A DNA stretch of 36,329 nt. Source: a virus (Duplodnaviria; Caudoviricetes). Position 1 is the first letter of the stretch, and each line of letters begins with the position of its first letter. The notes beneath the pieces were generated by a model. It had not been told where the DNA came from and searched no databases. It worked only from the letters and a program-made list of their open reading frames with translations. The DNA lies in the IMG/VR virus record IMGVR_UViG_3300037424_002111, positions 1 through 36,329 of that record; one strand, given 5' to 3'. Both the position numbers and the translations under genes were made by a program. Of the stretch, positions 7,060 through 14,896 are shown in pieces.

Positions 7060-7726
7060 AAGGGTCTCGGCTTGGTTCGAGGAGACCCCGATCGGGATCG
7101 TGGTCAAGCATCGCCCGTCCTTCCCGGAATATACGGACTCGGTTCAGAGGAAGGCGCGGATCTACAAAAGTATGCCCTGGGTGATCGGCGATCTTCTTTG
7201 TGCCGGCGAGGCCTACTTCAACGAGGAAGCCGCCCAGGCCTGGGACTTCGAGGCCTACGCCAACCAGACGCTCGCGAATTACAAGAGCACCGCCGATCGG
7301 ATTCCGCTTCAGCGCCGGCGCGCGGATCTTCCCTTCTCGACCCATGAGGTTGTCGCGGCTCTCCCGGCGCTCGAGCAACGGAAGTGGCTCAAGCTCTGCC
7401 ACCTGAACGGCTGGACGCGCGAACAGCTCCGGGATGCGATCGCCGAATCCAAGGGCGAGCCCACCACGGCCGAGCGGCGCGAGGCGAAGGATAAGAGGCC
7501 GAAGACGTTCGGCGAGATCATCGACACGGTGGTGGAGCTCCTGAAGGAGGCCCGCGATAAATGCGGGCCCAGCGGCCGCCACTGGTTCCACTTCCTCGAT
7601 ATGGCCCTCGAAGCGATCCAGAAGGGCCAGGAACAGGATCGGAAAGCCTCTGTTACCGCCAGCGTAACAGGGGCCAGGCCTTCAGCGCCAGCCGGAGCGC
7701 CTATTCATACCTCGGCCTCATCGTAG
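7034..7726 (+). CDS. LmbU-like DNA-binding protein
   Basis: WVIGDLL...G...QTLANY...RRRADLPFSTHEVVAALP..EQRKWL....NGWTREQLR resembles the LmbU family core. The last ~26 residues are low complexity and overlap the 94-bp element. Confidence 0.65.
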   Translation: MPSKTKRSKRVSAWFEETPIGIVVKHRPSFPEYTDSVQRKARIYKSMPWVIGDLLCAGEAYFNEEAAQAWDFEAYANQTLANYKSTADRIPLQRRRADLPFSTHEVVAALPALEQRKWLKLCHLNGWTREQLRDAIAESKGEPTTAERREAKDKRPKTFGEIIDTVVELLKEARDKCGPSGRHWFHFLDMALEAIQKGQEQDRKASVTASVTGARPSAPAGAPIHTSASS

Positions 7727-7740
7727 GCCGCCCTGGTGCG
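7647..7740 (+). repeat. 94-bp dispersed element, copy 1 (contains CTGTTAC-N7-GTAACAG)
   Basis: Ungapped manual alignment to the reverse complement of 20374-20467 gives 64/94 identities (23/27 in the palindrome part). Confidence 0.75.
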
Positions 7741-7756
7741 TTCTGGAGGTGGAGCG

Positions 7757-8152
7757 ATGGCGGAGAAGAAGAAGTTCAGAATAACCCCGGCGATGGTCGA
7801 AGAGGCTCGGAATATCCTCCTCGAGATGTGGCACCAGTCGAAGAGCTTGAGGCTTGTGGCGCTCAGGGTTCAGAAGATGGCTCATCTCGAGAAGCCACCC
7901 AACCGGGGGTTTATCTCCACCATCGCCCGCGGGAGCGGGAAGAAGGCAACCCCGCCTGGCTGGATGGTGAAGGCTCTGGGCGTTCGATATATGCCGGTCG
8001 GCCATCGGCATACCTATACAAGGTGGAGGGTGAAATACATCGCGGGCGAGATCCGCACCATCCTCCTCCTCTTCATCCTCAGCGAGCGAGCGCCTCAAGC
8101 GTTCGCCGATCTGCAATTCCGATTCGAGGAGCTCAGCTCATGGGAAAAATAA
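7757..8152 (+). CDS. Hypothetical basic protein, possible HTH DNA-binding protein (131 aa)
   Basis: GGAGGT SD before ATG 7757; SLRLVALRV...PNRGFISTIARG is HTH-like; overlaps the next start. Confidence 0.55.
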   Translation: MAEKKKFRITPAMVEEARNILLEMWHQSKSLRLVALRVQKMAHLEKPPNRGFISTIARGSGKKATPPGWMVKALGVRYMPVGHRHTYTRWRVKYIAGEIRTILLLFILSERAPQAFADLQFRFEELSSWEK

Positions 8153-9237
8153 TTTGTGGGGACGCGCTCGAAACCCTGAAGACCCTCCCCGATGAATCGG
8201 TTCAGTGCGTGGTGACCTCTCCGCCGTATTTCGGGATGAGAGATTACGGCTTCGCCGGCCAGATCGGCCTCGAGCCCACTCTCGCGGAATATCTCGCGAG
8301 AATATCCGAGGTCTTCTTAGAGGTTCGGAGGGTGTTGAGGCCTGACGGAACGCTCTGGCTCAATATGGGAGATGCGTATGCAGGTTCATGGGGAGCGCAA
8401 AGTCGAGGAGAGAATTATTCGAGCACTACCCTTGAGGGATTAGGAGATCATTATCAGTACGCCCGCAAGATCAAGACGCATACCGGATCAGTCAAAAAAT
8501 TATCCGGCCTCAAGCCGAAGGATCTCCTCGGACTTCCATGGCGGATCGCCTTCGCGCTGCAGGACGCCGGTTGGTGGCTCCGCTCGGACATTGTCTGGGC
8601 CAAACCGAACCCTATGCCGGAGAGTATAAAAGACAGGCCAACGCGGAGCCATGAGTTCCTCTTCCTGCTCTCGAGATCCTCGCGATACTTTTACAACGCG
8701 GAAGCGATCCAGGAGCCGCTCTCGGAAGAGAGCTTGATCCGCCTCAACCAGGTGACGTTCAATAAACAGACCGGCGGGCCGAAGGATCCTCGAAACGGTG
8801 GTGAGGGCTCTATGAACCGCTCGGCCAGGAACGCGCTCGAGGGATTAAAGAAGAGATACGAAGCGAGCCCTCGAAAAAAAGAGTTTCCGAAGGGTTGCAG
8901 AAGTGAAGCTACCGAGAGGATGGGGAGGTTCGCGGGTTGGAGGACTGAGGGAGAGGAGTTTTCCGGCTTCAGAAACAAACGGGATGTTTGGGAGATACCA
9001 GCTCAGCCTTACCCGGACGCGCACTTCGCCACCTTCCCCGAAGCGCTCGTCACCCCGTGCATCCTGGCGGGCTCTCGGCCGGGAGATGTGATTCTCGATC
9101 CCTTCGCCGGCTCCGGAACCACCCTGGCCGTCGCGGTAAAGCTCGGCCGCGATTACATCGGGATCGAAGGGAAGAAGGAATATATTCAGCTCATCGAGAA
9201 GCGCCTGGCCGGCACTACTCAAGGGATGGCGATATGA
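8140..9237 (+). CDS. Beta-class amino-DNA methyltransferase (N4-C or N6-A), 365 aa
   Basis: ATG 8140 after GAGGAG. VVTSPPY precedes ILDPFAGSGTT (beta order); also KPNPMPES..DRPT.SHE and HFATFP motifs. Confidence 0.95.
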   Translation: MGKIICGDALETLKTLPDESVQCVVTSPPYFGMRDYGFAGQIGLEPTLAEYLARISEVFLEVRRVLRPDGTLWLNMGDAYAGSWGAQSRGENYSSTTLEGLGDHYQYARKIKTHTGSVKKLSGLKPKDLLGLPWRIAFALQDAGWWLRSDIVWAKPNPMPESIKDRPTRSHEFLFLLSRSSRYFYNAEAIQEPLSEESLIRLNQVTFNKQTGGPKDPRNGGEGSMNRSARNALEGLKKRYEASPRKKEFPKGCRSEATERMGRFAGWRTEGEEFSGFRNKRDVWEIPAQPYPDAHFATFPEALVTPCILAGSRPGDVILDPFAGSGTTLAVAVKLGRDYIGIEGKKEYIQLIEKRLAGTTQGMAI

Positions 9238-9656
9238 ACAGAGAAGATCGAAGAGGATACGGCGGCAAGGCCGCTCGGTTCATGCATGAAGAGTGGGGGC
9301 CGCTCCGCGAGCTGCTCATCGCGAAGCGCCCGATCCTGGGCCCCGACGGCGGAATCCACTGCGAGATCTGGGAGTATCAATGGGAGATGGGAGTTCCGTT
9401 CCCGCATGTTTGCGGTCTGGGCTGGGAAGCGAACGAGACGCTATATATGCGGAACGATTTTCCGCCAGCGATCCAGTGGTATCTCCTCTCAGAGATCAAC
9501 TGCGCTCTGGTTTGTGGAGCCGCTCATAATAAGCTCGGCCATACGCTCGGATTCCGGAGATGGTTCAGGGAGCGCCAAGTTCTCCGCTTCGGATCGAAGC
9601 CAGTCGATGATTTTCTACTTTTTGGCCCTAATAAGATCAAGACCCTCGGATTTTAG
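9234..9656 (+). CDS. Hypothetical protein, possibly degenerate HNH-like nuclease (140 aa)
   Basis: ATGA coupling to the methyltransferase; C...C...NE...INCALVC..AH resembles HNH but lacks the first His. Confidence 0.45.
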   Translation: MNREDRRGYGGKAARFMHEEWGPLRELLIAKRPILGPDGGIHCEIWEYQWEMGVPFPHVCGLGWEANETLYMRNDFPPAIQWYLLSEINCALVCGAAHNKLGHTLGFRRWFRERQVLRFGSKPVDDFLLFGPNKIKTLGF

Positions 9657-9659
9657 CCC

Positions 9660-9782
9660 CCGACGTGGCTATTTACAGCCTGAAACTCGTTCCTTAAAAT
9701 ACCGTTATATTCTTCCCCTCTAAGAGGCCTTCTGCATTACTGTTTATCAGACGGCGGTCATTCCCGCCGGCGGGAGGCTCTC
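9660..9782 (+). promoter_or_regulatory. AT-rich promoter/leader of the accessory operon
   Basis: Intergenic; TTAAAATACCGTT at 9694-9706; overlapping inverted repeats at 9752-9769 and 9762-9775; GGGAGG SD. Confidence 0.55.
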
Positions 9783-10295
9783 ATGCTAAGAAGCGAAGAC
9801 ACTTCATTTGAGGAAACAGCGAAGAAGCTCGCCGAAGCGATCGGCGGCGAAGCTGAAAATACCGGCGGCGATGTTTGGCTCGCGATGAAGGAGCTCGAGA
9901 ACGGTTCCTTCTTGGTCTTCAGCCTGGAAGAGATCGGGCTCTACAAGTCTCGCCAGTCGATGGAAGAAGGGGATCGCCCCCGCTCTTCCGTCCAACTTCA
10001 CGGAGAGAATCCGATGGAAGAGAAGCGGTGCAAAGGATGTTCGGAGATCATCGAGTCCGGAGAGGTTTTCTTTCGCTGGGAAGTAGATGGATATTCCTAC
10101 GACTATTGCTGGATGTGCGATGGCGCTCTTCGTCAGGATGGCGCGAAGGCCACCGATGGAGCGAAGAGGGTGGAATATATCAAGACTATCCAGCACGGCA
10201 CCGTCGAGCTCTCCACTTGCGGAAACACGGGCGCAGCGCCAGAGCTCAACGGGCGCGGGGAGACCATCGCGGAAGAGATTGCGCGCGATCTTTAG
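9783..10295 (+). CDS. Hypothetical acidic protein with C-terminal CxxC..CxxC Zn finger
   Basis: SD plus ATG; CKGC...CWMC. An in-frame internal ATG at 10014 also has GGAG upstream. Confidence 0.75.
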   Translation: MLRSEDTSFEETAKKLAEAIGGEAENTGGDVWLAMKELENGSFLVFSLEEIGLYKSRQSMEEGDRPRSSVQLHGENPMEEKRCKGCSEIIESGEVFFRWEVDGYSYDYCWMCDGALRQDGAKATDGAKRVEYIKTIQHGTVELSTCGNTGAAPELNGRGETIAEEIARDL

Positions 10296-10381
10296 CTCGG
10301 CCTTCCCCCCTGGACGCGACCCTCTGGCCGCGCTCAGGCGGGAGACGCCGGTCTCCTGAAAAATAGACCCGGGAGGTCATT

Positions 10382-10813
10382 ATGGAAAAGGAAGTAAAGC
10401 TCTACCGAGGAAGGCGCTGGGGGCCGAACGCTCGCATTGAGGTGACGGTCGAGGATATAGAATCCGGAGCCGCGCCCATTCCACTCCCCCATATCAGCCG
10501 CAAGAAACTCGCGATGTACGATTGGGGGTACGGCGGAGAGAATGTCGCCGAGCTGGCGCTCGCAATCCTCGCCGACTTTTTCGGCGAGCACCCCACGAGT
10601 GGAGCGGAGGCGGGGCTCATTAGCGCCAGAAATTATCAAGAGCTCAAATGGAAATTGCTCGCCAGCGCACCGCGCGAGGAGTTCACAATCCGCGCGTATT
10701 CCAACGGGCGCTTCGTTCGGGATGATGATTCGAGCCGAAACGTCCATCTTACGCCGACCGCCCTTGAGCGCGCTGATTTGGCCGGCGGCCGGAACGGAAG
10801 GGGGCTCCGATGA
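10382..10813 (+). CDS. DUF6166-like protein
   Basis: GGGAGGT SD; YDWGYGGENVAELALAILADF resembles the WGYGGSGPAQLALA.L signature. Confidence 0.7.
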   Translation: MEKEVKLYRGRRWGPNARIEVTVEDIESGAAPIPLPHISRKKLAMYDWGYGGENVAELALAILADFFGEHPTSGAEAGLISARNYQELKWKLLASAPREEFTIRAYSNGRFVRDDDSSRNVHLTPTALERADLAGGRNGRGLR

Positions 10814-11154
10814 GCGCAGGGCGCGCCACCCTTTATAACGAGCTCCGCGAGATCGAAGCCGATCTCACCGATGGCTCGAGGATCAACGCCTCGGTTGAGG
10901 TCACCCTTCACAAGTGGAGCGACGGGAACTCCGACGATGGAACCGAGTTCATCCTCAAGACCACGGTGCGCGGCTGGCCCTACCTGAAGAGGGAAGATCG
11001 GCGGGAGCTCCTCGCGCGAGTGCGCGGGATAAACGAGGAGGCCGCCCTCATCCGCCACGCGATCGCCCGGCTCGAGCACGAGATCGCGATACTTCAACTG
11101 AACTTACTCAACGTGGAGAAGGATCCGATTATCGGAAGCGCCTCCAGTAAATAA
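10810..11154 (+). CDS. Hypothetical protein with C-terminal coiled coil
   Basis: ATGA coupling; followed by a terminator. Confidence 0.7.
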   Translation: MSAGRATLYNELREIEADLTDGSRINASVEVTLHKWSDGNSDDGTEFILKTTVRGWPYLKREDRRELLARVRGINEEAALIRHAIARLEHEIAILQLNLLNVEKDPIIGSASSK

Positions 11155-11175
11155 GTGAGCTCCTCGTCCAGGACG

Positions 11176-11205
11176 AAACCGGGCCCATCGCGGGCCCGGT
11201 TTTTT
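11176..11205 (+). terminator. Intrinsic terminator
   Basis: AAACCGGGCCC-ATCGC-GGGCCCGGTTT followed by a T run. Confidence 0.9.
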
Positions 11206-11209
11206 GTTT

Positions 11210-11219
11210 GGTCTATAAT
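11210..11219 (+). promoter_or_regulatory. -10 element of the endolysin promoter (GGTCTATAAT)
   Basis: Perfect TATAAT at 11214-11219, upstream of AAGGAGG and ATG 11245. Confidence 0.6.
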
Positions 11220-11244
11220 CGAAGTAGGAAAGGAGGAACAGAGC

Positions 11245-12441
11245 ATGGCCCCGATTGATCTCTGGAATAGCTTCGAGAAGACCCTGGTCGATGGGAGGTT
11301 CGTTTATAAATATCCGGATGGGCGGGAGCTCGTAATGCCGGACGAGATGAAGATCGTCGCTGGAAGCATGGCCGCGCTGGAGAGCGGCTGGGGGAGGAAC
11401 GGCCTCGTCACGACAGCCTCCTACGGATATCCCACATATAACTTTTTTTCGCTGAAGTATTCGAGAGAGCTCCCCCGCGTTTCTTTCCGGATCGAAAAAG
11501 TGAAATACAACGGCGGGGATGGCGAGTATGAATATTGCGACTTCTACTCGATCCATGACGCGATCTCCGCCTTCTGGGCTTGGTTCTTCCGTTCGCCCTA
11601 TGCCGGCGCGGAGAAGTTTTTCAACGACGGCCGGCGCTTCCTGAACGAGGCCGGCCCTCACTTCTGCCCGCCAGGCTATACCCTTACGGCGTTCTGGCGG
11701 CGCGCGCACGGGACGAAAAATTATACGACGGTCGTCTGGGATGAGCTCCGCCCCAGAGTGCTCAGAGAGCTCATCGCTCTCGGGCTCCCCCAGACCCAGG
11801 AGCTCCCCACCGATCCGGTAATCGTCCCGGCATCGACAACGCACAATCTTTCGATCATGAGCGGGGTGTTGATGGGCGATGGCGTCCAGCACTTCTTCGT
11901 GAATAATTACGATCCCTGGGATCGCAAGGAAACCGTCGGCCTAGTGGTTCATACCCCAGGAGCTCGAAGCACCGGGAAGGAAGCGATCGGTCAGGGGATC
12001 TTCAACGAGTGGAACAGGAAAGGATCGGGGAAGTCCGCTCAGGTTTTGATCGACGAGATCGGGAGGTTCGTCCAGGCGGTCGATCTCGACAAAATTGCAT
12101 ACCACTGTTATGGATTGAACCACAATACGCTCGGCGTCGAGCTGGCGAACATCGGCCCATTCTATACCTGGCAGGAGGTCTTCGGTAAGTTTTATCGTTT
12201 CCGCTGGAAGCTCTGGGAACAGAGCATCGCGAAGGCTGAGCTCACCCTCGCGACAACCGTCGCGGGCGAGAAGCTCTACTACCTTCCCCCGACCGAGGCT
12301 CAGATCCTTTCCCTGCTCGAGTTCTATGATCTGGTTCAGACGCATTATGGGAAGATGTGGATCGCGGGGCACGACGAAAAGAACAAGGGAAAAGCGGATC
12401 CCGGGCCGCCCTCGATCTTCCCCTGGCATCGGCTTCGGTAA
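11245..12441 (+). CDS. Endolysin: N-terminal glucosaminidase (GH73)-like domain plus C-terminal Amidase_2 domain, 398 aa
   Basis: AALESGWG...NFFSLK...FYSIHDAI (GH73-like). LVVHT...AYHC..NHNTLGVELAN...TEAQ...GHDE...KADPGP (Zn amidase). Confidence 0.85.
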   Translation: MAPIDLWNSFEKTLVDGRFVYKYPDGRELVMPDEMKIVAGSMAALESGWGRNGLVTTASYGYPTYNFFSLKYSRELPRVSFRIEKVKYNGGDGEYEYCDFYSIHDAISAFWAWFFRSPYAGAEKFFNDGRRFLNEAGPHFCPPGYTLTAFWRRAHGTKNYTTVVWDELRPRVLRELIALGLPQTQELPTDPVIVPASTTHNLSIMSGVLMGDGVQHFFVNNYDPWDRKETVGLVVHTPGARSTGKEAIGQGIFNEWNRKGSGKSAQVLIDEIGRFVQAVDLDKIAYHCYGLNHNTLGVELANIGPFYTWQEVFGKFYRFRWKLWEQSIAKAELTLATTVAGEKLYYLPPTEAQILSLLEFYDLVQTHYGKMWIAGHDEKNKGKADPGPPSIFPWHRLR

Positions 12442-12447
12442 TAAAAT

Positions 12448-12476
12448 AAAACGGCCTCCATCGCGGAGGCCGTTTT
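12448..12476. terminator. Bidirectional intrinsic terminator between the convergent lysin and holin genes
   Basis: AAAACGGCCTCC-ATCGC-GGAGGCCGTTTT, with A-rich left and T-rich right flanks. Confidence 0.9.
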
Positions 12477-12502
12477 GATTCTCGTCTCGTCCTGGTTTCT
12501 TC

Positions 12503-12892
12503 TCAGCCGCTCAGCCGCTTGTGAACCGGTGCGATCAGCACATTGTAGAGGCCGGTCGCGGCGCCGAAGAAGGCCTGAACCAACAGCACAAGGAACGGGG
12601 CCGCGAGGGCCGGATCCTGAGGCAACTTCAAGAGCTCGCCCCAGGTCGTAAACGCGGCGACGACTGCGATCGCGATCAGGTAGGTAAGGATGGAGAGCCA
12701 GAACTTCCCGTCAAGCCAGCCGAGCTCTTTCGGCCACTTCGCGGCCCCGGCCTTCGCCAGGCCGACGGCCCCGGGCATGATGACCACTGTCAAGAGCATA
12801 ATCAGCCACTCGGGAATCTCCCCGATGAAGTCGGCCGCGACCACAAACAGGAGCATCACGACTAGGAGGATGAGGTACAGATACTTTTTCAT
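12503..12892 (-). CDS. Putative holin (4 hydrophobic segments)
   Basis: AAGGAG SD; MKK start; highly hydrophobic; last gene of the structural operon. Confidence 0.7.
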   Translation of the reverse strand: MKKYLYLILLVVMLLFVVAADFIGEIPEWLIMLLTVVIMPGAVGLAKAGAAKWPKELGWLDGKFWLSILTYLIAIAVVAAFTTWGELLKLPQDPALAAPFLVLLVQAFFGAATGLYNVLIAPVHKRLSG

Positions 12893-12921
12893 TTGAGGTT
12901 CTCCTTTCGATTTATTCTACA

Positions 12922-13323
12922 TCACTTCGCAAGCGCCGTGCCAACCTCCACCATGTGGAGGGCGACCAGGATCAAAACCAGCCCGCTCAATCCCAGGATA
13001 TAGAGCTTCGCGCCGTCCCAGTAATGCTTGAATATTTCCCCGAGCGCCCGGATCTGAGCTCCAAGACCGACGATCTTTTTCCCCTCGTTCCCATTGACTG
13101 TGTCTTCCAGATCGCTCAACTTCAAGCACGCCTCAGATCGGGAGATCTCGAGATCCCCGACCCTCGCCTCGAGCTTGACGGCATCGACCAGCTTTTCCTT
13201 CACGATCTTCAGCACGGCCGTGTTTTCAAGAAACGCCGCATGGTAAAGGGGCTGGAGTTTTCTTCGTTCGAGATCCCCGGACAGGGGCCTTGATCTCTTC
13301 GTCGGCTTCGTTTTAGCTTTCAC
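12922..13323 (-). CDS. Coiled-coil protein with C-terminal TM helix (lysis-cassette associated)
   Basis: GAGGAGG SD, GTG start; TM segment LYILGLSGLVLILVAL; next to the holin. Confidence 0.6.
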   Translation of the reverse strand: MKAKTKPTKRSRPLSGDLERRKLQPLYHAAFLENTAVLKIVKEKLVDAVKLEARVGDLEISRSEACLKLSDLEDTVNGNEGKKIVGLGAQIRALGEIFKHYWDGAKLYILGLSGLVLILVALHMVEVGTALAK

Positions 13324-13324
13324 T

Positions 13325-14896
13325 TCAACCCTCCTCGGACATTTGATTTACAACAGAGATAAGATCATCCGGCCGCCCGATGGTCGCGTCGCATCCTTCG
13401 GTGTCATCGTTATAGGAGGTTTTTGAGATCAAGAAGGTCAGCCCCGACCCGCTCAGATCCGCCAGGGCGTTCTCGATCCGAAGCCGCTTACCCGCTCTTA
13501 CCTGAGAGGCTGGAACACGGAACTGCTGCTTGTGCCGAACATATCCTTTTATGTGGATCGGCCCGGAAGCCGTCCAGCTCGGGTCTTTATAAGCAGCGAG
13601 ATAGGTTTGTCCGAGGGCCAGGGCGAGCGTTGCGTTGGCCTCGGTCTTGATCGAGCCGCCTGGCGGGAGCCGCTTTCCATACAGGAGGATGCTGGCGTCA
13701 TCCTTCAGGGTGGCGTAAGTGTCGGGGGTGAGCTTGAGGGTATCCCCGTTCGGGTTTTTATATTCGACCACCACCCAGTTTACAACGTCGTCGAAGTTCT
13801 GAGCGAGCTGGATATTCGCCTCGGCCATCGAGACGACGTAATCATAATCGGTGAGATCCGGAAATTGCTCAGCGTAGAGAACAGGCTTCCCGTCCGGAAC
13901 TACTGCCATATCTGAGTGCTCAACACCAACCGCCCAGCGCTTACTGGTTGGGCCACCGTAGGAAGCGGCTTCGGAGAGCACCTTCGCCGCCGTACCTTCA
14001 ACAGCGAAAGGAACAAGCGACAAGGCATTCGAGGCGATCCTGGTGATATCTGAGTTCAGAATAGTTGGGAGAAACCCGATCACGTCCTTGCAGATCTCCG
14101 TTAGGTTTATTCCGCCAGTCTCATAATAAATACACATATTCGAGAACTCGCCATAAACGGAACCATCCGCCGGCGGAGTCTGGTTGGCCTTCGAGGCAAC
14201 AATGAGCTCCAGCCAGGACGTGGGGGTTGCGAGAGTAATGTCTTTACTCCCGGTTCCGGTTGCCGTGATGGCGGTACCCGCCTCGACCGCGCCGCCAGCG
14301 CCGTTCCAGATCTCCAATCCCCACTGTTGGGCTCCTTCCTGAAGATCATAATCGTAGGTGATCCGCTTGATCGTCATTCCCGGCGGGGTGTCGTACCTCA
14401 TGCTGGAATATTCGCCGTTCGTGAAGGCCACCGCCTTCGGGATCATCCTCACTCTGGCGTCCTGTTGCCACCAGATTACTTTTCCGCTGGCGTTCAACCA
14501 GAGCTGCGGCTTCCAATTCGCGGCGTCCATCCGAGTATCGCACCACATTCCGTCGAGCCACTCGCGATTGAGAATATCTCCCCACATTCCTGCACATTGA
14601 ACCAGAGCGCTCGCGCCGCGACTGGCCACAGCGTTCCTCAGGTTGGTAATCTTCCCCTCGTATACCGGGACGATGCCGTTATAGATCGAGATCCGATTGG
14701 CCCCTCGGATTCCCCAGGCGGATAGAATATCTCGTGCCACAAGGAAGCTCATCGGGCCGTATAGACCGCATGGATACTGAGTATCGAACGTTGGGGGGCC
14801 AGCGCGGTTCGAGCTTACAAGAAAACGGTCGAGCACCGTCAAACCAGAATAAACAATCACTTCAAGAGAGTTGAGCCGTTTCACATCAGGCTCCAC
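13325..14896 (-). CDS. Tail tip/baseplate hub (Tal-like) protein, 523 aa
   Basis: Second gene after the tape measure; VYEGKI..., VVNWVVVEY..., DDASILLYG..., VRAGKRLRI hub-like patterns. Confidence 0.65.
   Translation of the reverse strand: MEPDVKRLNSLEVIVYSGLTVLDRFLVSSNRAGPPTFDTQYPCGLYGPMSFLVARDILSAWGIRGANRISIYNGIVPVYEGKITNLRNAVASRGASALVQCAGMWGDILNREWLDGMWCDTRMDAANWKPQLWLNASGKVIWWQQDARVRMIPKAVAFTNGEYSSMRYDTPPGMTIKRITYDYDLQEGAQQWGLEIWNGAGGAVEAGTAITATGTGSKDITLATPTSWLELIVASKANQTPPADGSVYGEFSNMCIYYETGGINLTEICKDVIGFLPTILNSDITRIASNALSLVPFAVEGTAAKVLSEAASYGGPTSKRWAVGVEHSDMAVVPDGKPVLYAEQFPDLTDYDYVVSMAEANIQLAQNFDDVVNWVVVEYKNPNGDTLKLTPDTYATLKDDASILLYGKRLPPGGSIKTEANATLALALGQTYLAAYKDPSWTASGPIHIKGYVRHKQQFRVPASQVRAGKRLRIENALADLSGSGLTFLISKTSYNDDTEGCDATIGRPDDLISVVNQMSEEG

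Noticed and set aside
7650-7670. TnrA/GlnR or LexA box for CTGTTAC-N7-GTAACAG
   Set aside because: The spacing is TGTTA-N9-TAACA rather than TGTNA-N7-TNACA, and it does not match GAAC-N4-GTTC or CTGT-N8-ACAG, so it is left unassigned.
7561-8139. 193-aa N-terminal extension of the amino-methyltransferase (558-aa ORF)
   Set aside because: It overlaps two better genes; the methyltransferase motifs and an SD start at ATG 8140.
9234-9656. Cognate restriction endonuclease for the upstream methyltransferase
   Set aside because: It is only 140 aa with an incomplete HNH-like pattern, which is too little evidence for a restriction-modification pair.
11155-11205. Hammerhead ribozyme (GTCC..GGACGAAAC followed by a stem)
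   Set aside because: The CTGANGA core is absent and stem II would have a 1-nt loop. An intrinsic terminator explains the hairpin.
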